33,461 nucleotides of DNA. Source: a virus. Taxonomy: Duplodnaviria > Caudoviricetes. Where the stretch lies: positions 1 through 33,461 of the IMG/VR virus record IMGVR_UViG_3300042997_002639. One strand, 5' to 3'. Made by a program: the position numbers and the translations under genes. The notes under the pieces were generated by a model, which was not told the DNA's origin, did no database searches, and saw only the letters and a list, made by a program, of their open reading frames with translations. Below are positions 1-7,344 of the stretch, piece by piece; position 1 is the first letter of the stretch; every line of letters begins with the position of its first letter.

Positions 1-1272
1 ATGGCGAAGATCAGCCACCTCCTCTCCGACCTTCAGATCCGGCGCTGGATCTCCCAGGGCGACCCCGTCGCGAAGTCCGACGGCGACGGCCTCACGTTCA
101 CGCTGTCGAAGGCGGGCACCGCCAGTTGGGTGCTTCGGTATCGCGAGGAAGGGGGCCGCCGCAAGGAGCTGACGATCGGCAACTACCCGGACGTCACACT
201 CGGAGCGGCTCGAGAGAAAGCGCGCGCCCTGCGCGCCGCCATCGATCAGGGCGCGGACCCAGCCAACGACAAGCAGGAGCGGAAATCTCGGGCCGCCGAA
301 GCATGGACCGTTGCGGAGCTGGTCGAGGACTACCGCGCGAAGGTGCTGTTGCCCGAGGTCTACGCGGCCGGGACGATCGCCTATCGCACCGCGGATCTCG
401 ACCAGATCATCCTGCCCCGGCTGCGCGCGCGGCGCGTCGACAAGGTCACCAGCACCGACATCGTCTCGATGCTGAAGGACAGCCAGCGCACCTGGGCCAT
501 GACCAAGCGCGCGCTCACCACGTCGACCAAGCTGTTCGACCACGCATGCGGGCTCACGATCATCCCCGCCAATCCCTGCACCGGCATCAAGTTGACAGCG
601 TTGAAGGGCCCACGGCCGCAGGCGCGCAAGCGGCTCATGCTCGCCATCGAAGAATTGAAGGTGCTGTTGCCGGGCATCGACTTCATCGGCCGCGAGAACG
701 CACTGGCATTTCGCATCCTCCTGGCCACGTGCGTGCGCGGCGTTGAATTGGTGAAGGCGAAGAAAGCCCACCTGGACCTCGAGCGCGGCACCTGGTGGGT
801 GCCCGACGAATCGGTGAAGACGCGCAGCGGCTTCCTCGTGCCGCTCGCCCCCGTCGTGATCGACTGGTTCCGCGAGCTGGTCGAGCTTTCCGGCGACTCG
901 GAGTACGTGCTCCCCGCGCGCCGCGGCGATCGCGTGGCGCTCCTCGGCGACGTGCCGGTCGGCCGCACCACCCTCTGGGCCGCTTTCAATCGAGCGTTCG
1001 AACGCGGCGACATGGACATCCGCCGCTTCACGCCCCACGACACACGAAGCACGGCGAAGGGACACCTGCGAAACCTCGGCGTGTCGCGCGAAATTTCGGA
1101 GATAGCTTTGAACCACGCGCTCAAAGGAATGGAGGGCGTCTACGACGTGCGAGAAGAGATTCCCGAGCGCCGGCACGCGCTTGTGCTCTGGGCAGATTTT
1201 CTGGTCGCATGTGAAAGGGGCGAAGCTCCCAAACCGCCGCACAATGTCGTGCAGTTGCGCCGAGTCGCTTGA
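1..1272 (+). CDS. int: Tyrosine integrase with N-terminal arm-DNA-binding domain (P4-like family)
   Basis: N-terminal DGDGLTF...SWVLRYR...LTIGNYPDVTLGAAREKA arm-binding signature. The catalytic set is intact: R (TCVRGVE), K (VKTR), HxxR (HDTRS), H (LNH), Y (GVY). Confidence 0.96.
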   Translation: MAKISHLLSDLQIRRWISQGDPVAKSDGDGLTFTLSKAGTASWVLRYREEGGRRKELTIGNYPDVTLGAAREKARALRAAIDQGADPANDKQERKSRAAEAWTVAELVEDYRAKVLLPEVYAAGTIAYRTADLDQIILPRLRARRVDKVTSTDIVSMLKDSQRTWAMTKRALTTSTKLFDHACGLTIIPANPCTGIKLTALKGPRPQARKRLMLAIEELKVLLPGIDFIGRENALAFRILLATCVRGVELVKAKKAHLDLERGTWWVPDESVKTRSGFLVPLAPVVIDWFRELVELSGDSEYVLPARRGDRVALLGDVPVGRTTLWAAFNRAFERGDMDIRRFTPHDTRSTAKGHLRNLGVSREISEIALNHALKGMEGVYDVREEIPERRHALVLWADFLVACERGEAPKPPHNVVQLRRVA

Positions 1273-1294
1273 TTAACGGCATTGGATAAAAATT

Positions 1295-1996
1295 ATGGAA
1301 AACAAGGACTTTCGTTTTGGTGTCATTACATCGGGTCTCTGGGCTCTATTAGCCCTCATCCTCATTATCTTTGCCGAACGTCCATGCAAGTTAAATGAAT
1401 GGGGCGATTTTGTTGCAGGATTTTCCGCGCCACTCGCTTTTCTTTGGCTTGTGCTGGGATATCGACAACAAGGCCGCGAGCTTAATAACAACACCCAAAT
1501 GCTGGACCTGCAAACCAAGGAGTTGGCGCAAAGTACTGCCGCGCTAAAGTTGCAGGCCGACGAGTTGAAGAATTCGGTTGAGCAACAAACGCTTCTGGTA
1601 GAGGCGACCCGGGAGCAAATCCGTCTCGACACTGAAGCGCTGTCCGATGCAAGGGAGCTAAGACGCAGATCCGCACTTCCAAGATTTAAGGCGATTGCAG
1701 GTTCTATCACCTCCTCCGATGGCCAAAGAATGTTTCGATTCAAGCTTCAAAATCTTGGAAACACTGCGACAGACGTTACCATTTCTTATTCCGGCGGCGG
1801 GGCACCATCAACAAGAAAATTTGCCACATTTACCGACCAGACCGTCTTCGATGAAGTCGTAAATTATTCTACTGACTGCGAATTCAAAATGGAAATTGAG
1901 TTCGAAGATTCGTCTGGCGAATCTGGAACATCATATATACCATTCAAGGTTTCTTCATTTGGCCTTTCTATTGGAAGAACTAGAACCGCAATTTAG
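1295..1996 (+). CDS. Moron: membrane-anchored coiled-coil protein (two TM segments, coiled coil, beta-rich C-domain); function unknown
   Basis: Visibly AT-richer than its flanks. TM1 (GLWALLALILIIF), the motif LNEWGDFVAGFSAPLAFLWLVLGYRQQ, then Q/E/L heptads. Confidence 0.8.
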   Translation: MENKDFRFGVITSGLWALLALILIIFAERPCKLNEWGDFVAGFSAPLAFLWLVLGYRQQGRELNNNTQMLDLQTKELAQSTAALKLQADELKNSVEQQTLLVEATREQIRLDTEALSDARELRRRSALPRFKAIAGSITSSDGQRMFRFKLQNLGNTATDVTISYSGGGAPSTRKFATFTDQTVFDEVVNYSTDCEFKMEIEFEDSSGESGTSYIPFKVSSFGLSIGRTRTAI

Positions 1997-2119
1997 CGAT
2001 GACGCAAGCCACAATTTTTGACGCTTAGTTGTGAAATGCGTCATTCGCACGACCATCAAGCCGTGCGATAACCGAAGGGCCGCAGTCACCTGTGGCACCC
2101 TCTACTGCTCCGGCAGCTT

Positions 2120-2142
2120 GGCCCGCCTCGGCGGGCCTTTTT
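2120..2142 (+). terminator. Rho-independent terminator
   Basis: GGCCCGC-CTCG-GCGGGCC followed by TTTTT. Confidence 0.85.
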
Positions 2143-2162
2143 CATGCCTGATCGTCGGCCGG

Positions 2163-2229
2163 GAATCTATTCACGAATCTATTCCCAGAGCCTCCCCTCC
2201 GAGGGAAAGAGGGCCGGCAGAATCTATTC
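2163..2229. repeat. Three exact copies of GAATCTATTC; candidate integrase arm-type sites or operators
   Basis: Copies at 2163-2172, 2175-2184 and 2220-2229. Each is an AT-rich GAAT-N2-ATTC dyad in GC-rich DNA. Confidence 0.7.
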
Positions 2230-2799
2230 AGCGGGAGGCCGATCAGCCACCGCGGCCGCAACGTCGGCCGGCACCGGCAGCCCTCTGGCGCGAAAGAGGT
2301 CAGCCTTGCAAGACGCATATGCTGCGGCGCCCTTCTCGATCGCGGTCAGGGCGTCTGCAAGGCGTCCAGCACCAGCTTCCGATAGAACCCCACTGGCCGT
2401 GCCGGCGTCTGCTGCACCAGCGTCGGTACCGGCGGCAGCTGCACCTGCGGCGCCTCCACTACTACCCCCGGCATCGCGGGTGCAGTCGCGCACCCGGACA
2501 ACGACAGGAGCGCTGCGCTGGCGGCGATCGTCAGCAGCGATTTGTGTGACAGCAGTTGCATCGGTCTTCTCCTGCGCTTGGTGGCGCTTGTCGAGTTCGG
2601 CTTGCTTGGCATCGCGTTCCTTCATGCGCTGCTCGAGCAGCCGCGCCGCGGCGGTGTTCGTCGCAACCACCGCAGCGTTCTGGACCTGCAGCGCCAGGCC
2701 GGAGGTCTTGGCCAGCGAGTGGTAGTGCCAAGTCGACAGGCCCAGCACGCCGGCGAGCACGGTCAGCGCGAGCAGCGCGTAGTTGCGGATGTCAGGCAT
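2224..2799 (-). CDS. i-spanin (Rz-like)
   Basis: N-terminal TM (YALLALTVLAGVLGL), coiled coil, Ala/Gly linker and a C-terminal helix with Cys. Contains a nested lipoprotein ORF and is the last gene of the lysis operon. Confidence 0.85.
   Translation of the reverse strand: MPDIRNYALLALTVLAGVLGLSTWHYHSLAKTSGLALQVQNAAVVATNTAAARLLEQRMKERDAKQAELDKRHQAQEKTDATAVTQIAADDRRQRSAPVVVRVRDCTRDAGGSSGGAAGAAAAGTDAGAADAGTASGVLSEAGAGRLADALTAIEKGAAAYASCKADLFRARGLPVPADVAAAVADRPPAE
2346..2561 (-). CDS. o-spanin lipoprotein (Rz1-like), fully nested in the i-spanin
   Basis: ATG at 2561 gives MQLLSHKSLLTIAASAALLSLSG-C (lipobox LSGC), followed by a Pro-rich mature peptide in an alternative frame. Confidence 0.85.
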   Translation of the reverse strand: MQLLSHKSLLTIAASAALLSLSGCATAPAMPGVVVEAPQVQLPPVPTLVQQTPARPVGFYRKLVLDALQTP

Positions 2800-3139
2800 C
2801 TTCGGCCACCAGTTTCAGGCCGAGCCGCGCGAGCGCGTCGAAGGGCTTGTCCTCGCTGACGTCGCTGGCGCCGAGCAGCGCCTGGCACGCGGCCAGCGTC
2901 ACGCTGATTCCGGCTTGCTGGCACACCGAGAACATCGTCTGCGGGTCGCCCAGCACCGCGGCGAACGTGTCCTCGATGAGGCCGCTTGAGATGTAGTGCG
3001 TGGCCGGCGCCGAGCCGGTCGACGACAGCGGCGTGACGAACATGCCAGCGCCCGGGGGCCCTGCAAGCTGTTCGGTCAGCAGGCGAGCCTGCGGCGCCAG
3101 CGCGGCCGGGACGATGAGGCAGCGGTGAACGTAGCTCAA
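2792..3139 (-). CDS. Hypothetical phage protein, possibly a fibre-associated chaperone (115 aa)
   Basis: TTG start at 3139 overlaps the upstream TGA (TTGA), with GGAG 7 nt upstream. The stop overlaps the spanin start. Function is inferred from position only. Confidence 0.65.
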   Translation of the reverse strand: MSYVHRCLIVPAALAPQARLLTEQLAGPPGAGMFVTPLSSTGSAPATHYISSGLIEDTFAAVLGDPQTMFSVCQQAGISVTLAACQALLGASDVSEDKPFDALARLGLKLVAEDA

Positions 3140-3348
3140 TTCTTCGCTCCCAGCTGTTCGAGCGCTATTGCTTCTTGTCGAAATCCGAAGTGCTCCAGCA
3201 TGCTCACTGCATCGTTGCGGACCTTTGCCCATCCTTCGCATTCGGAGTCACCGCAATCGCAGGGCAGTGCCACATAGCTCTGCGAAAAAACCTCTACCAA
3301 GATTCCAGAGCGCTCACAGTAGGCGTTGATGAATCGTTCCCGAGTCAT
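3136..3348 (-). CDS. Small Cys-rich protein (70 aa; ALPCDCGDSECEGWA), putative metal-binding
   Basis: ATGA-coupled to the upstream gene and TTGA-coupled to the downstream gene. CxC-x4-C motif; lower GC than its neighbours. Confidence 0.7.
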   Translation of the reverse strand: MTRERFINAYCERSGILVEVFSQSYVALPCDCGDSECEGWAKVRNDAVSMLEHFGFRQEAIALEQLGAKN

Positions 3349-4157
3349 ATCGCAATTCCTGCTTGCTGGGCCATGTACCGCTCGCACACCCACATCTCAT
3401 CCGGCGAGAGCAGCCGGCCGATGATGATCAGGCCGTAGAGGTTGCCGTTGAACGGGAGCGAGGCGTTGTTGCGCCTGCCGATATAGAGCGAGTAGTTGCC
3501 GAAGTTGCCCGTCCCCTGCGATGTCGCGACCGCACCTTCGACCGTGTCCACGCGCAGGGCGAGCGACGGAGCCGCGATGTCCGCAACGCATGTCAGCACG
3601 GAAGACACTGGTGAGGCATATCCCGAACGAGTGATCGAGGCGGTGGCGGAACCTCGGGACGCAACCCCATAGGTCGGGCCTGCAGAACCCGGCGCCAGCA
3701 GATAGAACGCACCAGCGTTTGCGCCCGCGTTCGGCGACAGCTCCACCAGCGCTCCCGTTGCCGCATCGCTGTTCTTTCGAACCCCAGCGACCACCGTCAC
3801 CTTGTTCGTGCTGGTGAAGTCGACGCTTGGCGTTGCCCAAGAATCGTCCGTGCCGTCGAACGCCGCATAGGTCGTCTGCCAGAGCGGCCTGCTCGGCGTG
3901 GTTGTCTGAGTTGCGTGGTTGCCGGCGCCGCTCTTATCCATGATCCGGCCGATGCCGTCGCCCGCAGCCGCGACTGGCGTAGTGCCCGCGCTGTCCTGCG
4001 ACAGCGTGGAGATGTCGGACGGATCGAACCAGACTTTCGGGCCCGAGAAGGACGCCAAGAGAGCAACCACGCGCGCCTCGAGAGAGGCGGCTGCACGCGA
4101 ACGCGATCGCATCAGCGCACCACCACCGACGGCCCCGTAGGTGCGGGTGAGTTTCAC
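3345..4157 (-). CDS. Virion fibre/lectin-like protein (LamG/concanavalin-like beta sandwich)
   Basis: WFDPSDISTLSQDSAG...DKSGAGNHATQ...FDGTDD...LYIGRR...FNGNLYGLIII...ERYMA is typical of phage LamG-like fibre domains. GTG start 3 nt after the upstream stop. Confidence 0.75.
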   Translation of the reverse strand: MKLTRTYGAVGGGALMRSRSRAAASLEARVVALLASFSGPKVWFDPSDISTLSQDSAGTTPVAAAGDGIGRIMDKSGAGNHATQTTTPSRPLWQTTYAAFDGTDDSWATPSVDFTSTNKVTVVAGVRKNSDAATGALVELSPNAGANAGAFYLLAPGSAGPTYGVASRGSATASITRSGYASPVSSVLTCVADIAAPSLALRVDTVEGAVATSQGTGNFGNYSLYIGRRNNASLPFNGNLYGLIIIGRLLSPDEMWVCERYMAQQAGIAI

Positions 4158-4160
4158 GAT

Positions 4161-5063
4161 TTAGACCGCGAAGGCTTCGGCCACCAGCGTCACGACGGTG
4201 TTCGACTGGTCGAGGCGCCGCACGTAGATCTGGTTGGCATTGGTGATGCCCTGGATCAGACGCGAGGTGCCGGGTGGGACCGGGATGAAGACCGTGCCGG
4301 TGGAGCCTCGCTTGTACTCGAGCGTCGTGCCGGTGTTGTTGATCAGGTCCAGTGACGTGCATGCCTGGGCACCGAACTGATTGAACCCGCTGCCTGGGTT
4401 GAGCGTGGGCAGCGACAGTGGCGTAACGGTGCTGTAGGTCTCGCGTGCGAGCGAGCCGTTCGCCAGCGTGTTCCAGATATTGGACAGCCAGCCGATCAGG
4501 CCCGCGCCGCCGGCCGGCAGCGCCGTAGCCGCATTGGTCTTCGTGCCGATCTGCGCATCGTCACTGGCCAGCACCACCGGCAGCGCGGCCGCGCTCGCCG
4601 CGGCGCCGAAACCCGGGATCTTGCCGACGAGGCGCTTCATGAAGGCCATGAGCGACGCGGTGGCAGTGTCGCTCGAGGCCGGCGCATCGGCGCGCGCGCC
4701 CAGCGTGGCGCTGGCACCGTCGGCGATCGTGACGGCGCCGCCTCCCACGCCGCCGCCACCCGAAGAGGTCGACAGGTTGAACTCGGCGCCGACGGGCGCG
4801 GCTTGTACGGTGCTGCCGCGACGCTGAACGCGGAAGGAGGCCGGCCCACGGACGTCGGCGCTCAGTCGCTCCGGCGCGCGCAGGACGTGAATGTCGATCC
4901 AGGCGCCGCCGGCACGCTGCACCTGCAGGTGCACCTCGGCCCCCTCCGGCACGGCCGTGCCGGTCGTCGAGGTGAGGAAGACCGTCGCGACTTGGCCGTC
5001 GGTGAGCGCCGTTGCTTCCGAGATGCTGGCGATGGTGTCGGGTGCGAGGAGTTGGGTGGTCAT
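4161..5063 (-). CDS. Putative virion fibre/appendage protein
   Basis: SD AAAGGA before the ATG. N- and C-terminal beta-rich domains are joined by a Gly/Ala-rich shaft (VTIADGASATLGARADA, LPVVLASD). Confidence 0.6.
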   Translation of the reverse strand: MTTQLLAPDTIASISEATALTDGQVATVFLTSTTGTAVPEGAEVHLQVQRAGGAWIDIHVLRAPERLSADVRGPASFRVQRRGSTVQAAPVGAEFNLSTSSGGGGVGGGAVTIADGASATLGARADAPASSDTATASLMAFMKRLVGKIPGFGAAASAAALPVVLASDDAQIGTKTNAATALPAGGAGLIGWLSNIWNTLANGSLARETYSTVTPLSLPTLNPGSGFNQFGAQACTSLDLINNTGTTLEYKRGSTGTVFIPVPPGTSRLIQGITNANQIYVRRLDQSNTVVTLVAEAFAV

Positions 5064-5081
5064 GTTCGGTCCTTTCAGCCG

Positions 5082-5633
5082 CTACTGCGCGGCGAGGCAG
5101 GCGCTGTGCCGCGCTTGCTGGCGCAGCCACACGCCCTTGCAGCCTTTCGGGCCCCAGTTCTGCGGCAGCGCGCAATCCCGGCCAGCCTGGAAGCGGTAGC
5201 GCATGAGCGCTTCGCACGCGGCGCGCGGCCGACCGGCCAGCAGCTCACGGCGCATGGTCGAGCTCGACCATTTGGGCATCCCGTACTGGCCCACGAAGTC
5301 CAGGTAGAGGTCGAACTCCTCCTGCGTCATCTGCACACCGGGCAGCGAGGCGGCGAAGCGCAGTTCTTCGGCGCGGTTCAGGTTGCGCGCCAGCTCCTCG
5401 GCGCGTCGGCGCGTGATCGGGGGATCTGCCAGCGTCACGCGCCGGCCGTCTTCGTAGCGGGTCGAGCCGTGTCCGATCGTGGGGACATCGCCCTGCGTGG
5501 GGACGTAGGGCCGCAGCACTTCGACGCCATCCGGCCGCACCGCAACCGGTCCGGTGCCTTCGTTCGAGACCCATACCGCAAAGCCGGCCGCCGAGAGGGT
5601 GAGCGTGGCGATAGCTACGCGCAGGCCTTTCAT
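5082..5633 (-). CDS. Endolysin, GH24 lysozyme with a probable SAR anchor (183 aa)
   Basis: ATG at 5633 is TGATG-coupled to the holin. The N-terminus MKGLRVAIATLTLSAAGFAVWV is weakly hydrophobic and Ala/Gly-rich, followed by EG...GDVPTIGHGST, QEEFD..LDFVGQYG, SSTM, ACEAL and KGVWLR. Confidence 0.9.
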   Translation of the reverse strand: MKGLRVAIATLTLSAAGFAVWVSNEGTGPVAVRPDGVEVLRPYVPTQGDVPTIGHGSTRYEDGRRVTLADPPITRRRAEELARNLNRAEELRFAASLPGVQMTQEEFDLYLDFVGQYGMPKWSSSTMRRELLAGRPRAACEALMRYRFQAGRDCALPQNWGPKGCKGVWLRQQARHSACLAAQ

Positions 5634-5902
5634 CACCCTTCCTCCCCGAGCTCGCCGAGGTCGGTGTCCGAACGCATGCCGCGGCGCAGGCGCGCTACGC
5701 GCAGCTCGTGCTCGACGGCCTGGCGCCGATTGGCCTCGCGCTTGTAGTACCACGCGAGGACCAAGCCGCCGACGGCGACAACAGCACCGACCAGGCCGAA
5801 GAACTCGTTCGAGAGGAACCACCCGACGCCAGTCATGCCCACGCCGGTGGCGGTGGCCTTGCTGCCTGCGGCGGCCAGGGCGTCGATCGTTTCGTTTCGC
5901 AT
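5633..5902 (-). CDS. Holin (two hydrophobic segments, charged C-terminal tail)
   Basis: 89 aa, directly upstream of the endolysin. TM FFGLVGAVVAVGGLVLAWYY is followed by the charged tail KREANRR. Confidence 0.85.
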   Translation of the reverse strand: MRNETIDALAAAGSKATATGVGMTGVGWFLSNEFFGLVGAVVAVGGLVLAWYYKREANRRQAVEHELRVARLRRGMRSDTDLGELGEEG

Positions 5903-5909
5903 AGCTTCG

Positions 5910-5952
5910 ATAGTCCCGAAGCTGCGCGATACGGCCTAACCCTAGAGGGGGT
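5910..5952 (-). promoter_or_regulatory. Putative activator-dependent late promoter (copy 1; holin/lysis operon)
   Basis: Minus strand: CCCCTCTAGGGTT-N22-GACTAT-N7-ATG. Confidence 0.75.
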
Positions 5953-6034
5953 GGCGCTCCCTCTCAAATATCAGGCCCATTCCCTGTACGTTCTGCGCGC
6001 GTGGCCCTTCTCAAGCACCACTGTGCGCCCATTT

Positions 6035-7222
6035 TTAACGCTCTTCGGCCAAGAACGGTTTTAAATTACCATCGATGAAGTGATTTGGGCGCCAACCCTT
6101 GAGAAGTTTATCGAGAAGCAGGGCATCAGCAGCCCCGGAAGCAATTCCACCTGTGGGATCTACAGAGCCCGCTGCGAACGAAAAAAGATAGCGCAAAGCT
6201 TTAACCGGCGCTTTGTCAGCCCACGTATCTGATTTCAGCGCATCTATGTACTGACTGACAAGCCGTTGATCAGGGTTTGCTTTAGCCAGCCACGACTTAA
6301 ATTTCTCGGCTTTATCTAAAAGCCTCAGGAACTCCGAAAATGATTTTTCTCTTGTGTCAATGACATCCTGGACACTAGGACATGATGGCAGCACAATTTC
6401 AGAGAACTCCGCACGCTCAGACTTGTTTAAATCAGAACGTTGAAGCAGATGCGACTGACGCCATCGGACCAGCGCCGAATTTTCAAGAGTTGTTGCAAAA
6501 TCTCCACCATAAAATGCCGCCAATTGCATGTCAGCGCGAGACTCTTGAACCAAAATCAGAAGATGCGCTAAGGTAAGAGGTTCGAGTGGGGGCCTCATCC
6601 CTGCACGCGCTCTGTTCACCCTTTGAAAATCAATATTGGTGAACAAAAAATTGCCTAAATCAGTTTGAACGCACTCGGCCGTCAGATGATCCCCAGGATC
6701 GTACCCCCCAGGCAGCGCCGCAAGTCCGGTCCGCAAGAGTCCTTTTAGAGTATCTATATCCTGAATATCAATCGTTGCCGCATCAGGAATTCCACCCTCA
6801 ATAAAAGAATCATCCAAAAAACTTTTTGCAGGCACAAAATCAACAAAATCTCGCGCCAGCTTCTTTATCTTTTCAAAAGGAACGCCACATTTTCGAAACC
6901 CAATTTCGAGCCGCTCAAGGCGATTCTTCCCCTGTTTGATGCGATCTCCAACAAGCGCTATCCCTCCGAATTCGTAGGATTTGGACACCCCATGACTATT
7001 TGTGAAGGTCCCTAGAGTTTCCTCGCAAAACACAGCTTGGATTCTCTTTGCTCGCACTAGATTTATTACGTCTCCGAGGCTATCAGTTTTAGCCAGCGCA
7101 CCGAGCGACGAATAGGTCAAAACAATGCGAGTATTCTGATAAAAAAGAAGCGCTTCCGCGATCGCTCCAAGCGACAGATTTCCATCATTTTGCCTACTTC
7201 TTAGAACAATACCTTCAAACAC
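6035..7222 (-). CDS. Moron: 395-aa hypothetical protein, candidate accessory/defence gene
   Basis: Long ORF in a sharply AT-richer island (~5990-7380) between the giant gene and the holin. GTG start; candidate extended -10 TGGTATATT at 7307-7315. Confidence 0.8.
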   Translation of the reverse strand: MFEGIVLRSRQNDGNLSLGAIAEALLFYQNTRIVLTYSSLGALAKTDSLGDVINLVRAKRIQAVFCEETLGTFTNSHGVSKSYEFGGIALVGDRIKQGKNRLERLEIGFRKCGVPFEKIKKLARDFVDFVPAKSFLDDSFIEGGIPDAATIDIQDIDTLKGLLRTGLAALPGGYDPGDHLTAECVQTDLGNFLFTNIDFQRVNRARAGMRPPLEPLTLAHLLILVQESRADMQLAAFYGGDFATTLENSALVRWRQSHLLQRSDLNKSERAEFSEIVLPSCPSVQDVIDTREKSFSEFLRLLDKAEKFKSWLAKANPDQRLVSQYIDALKSDTWADKAPVKALRYLFSFAAGSVDPTGGIASGAADALLLDKLLKGWRPNHFIDGNLKPFLAEER

Positions 7223-7344
7223 GTCAGCCCCACATCTGAATTGTTAGAATCCGACTGCCCACCACTTTCCTCTGCTTTCAGTTTCTAAAGAGTGTCAGTC
7301 AGATCAAATATACCAGTGTAGGACTTCAGCGGCGCTAGTGTCTG

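Noticed and set aside
1997-2230. tRNA or tmRNA 3' fragment as an att core
   Set aside because: No T-loop GTTCRANYC followed by an acceptor strand and CCA was found, so the att core cannot be placed from this window.
7301-7316. Possible LexA box (CTGGTATATT...) upstream of the 395-aa moron
   Set aside because: Only one half-site is present; the other end does not complete CTG-N10-CAG.
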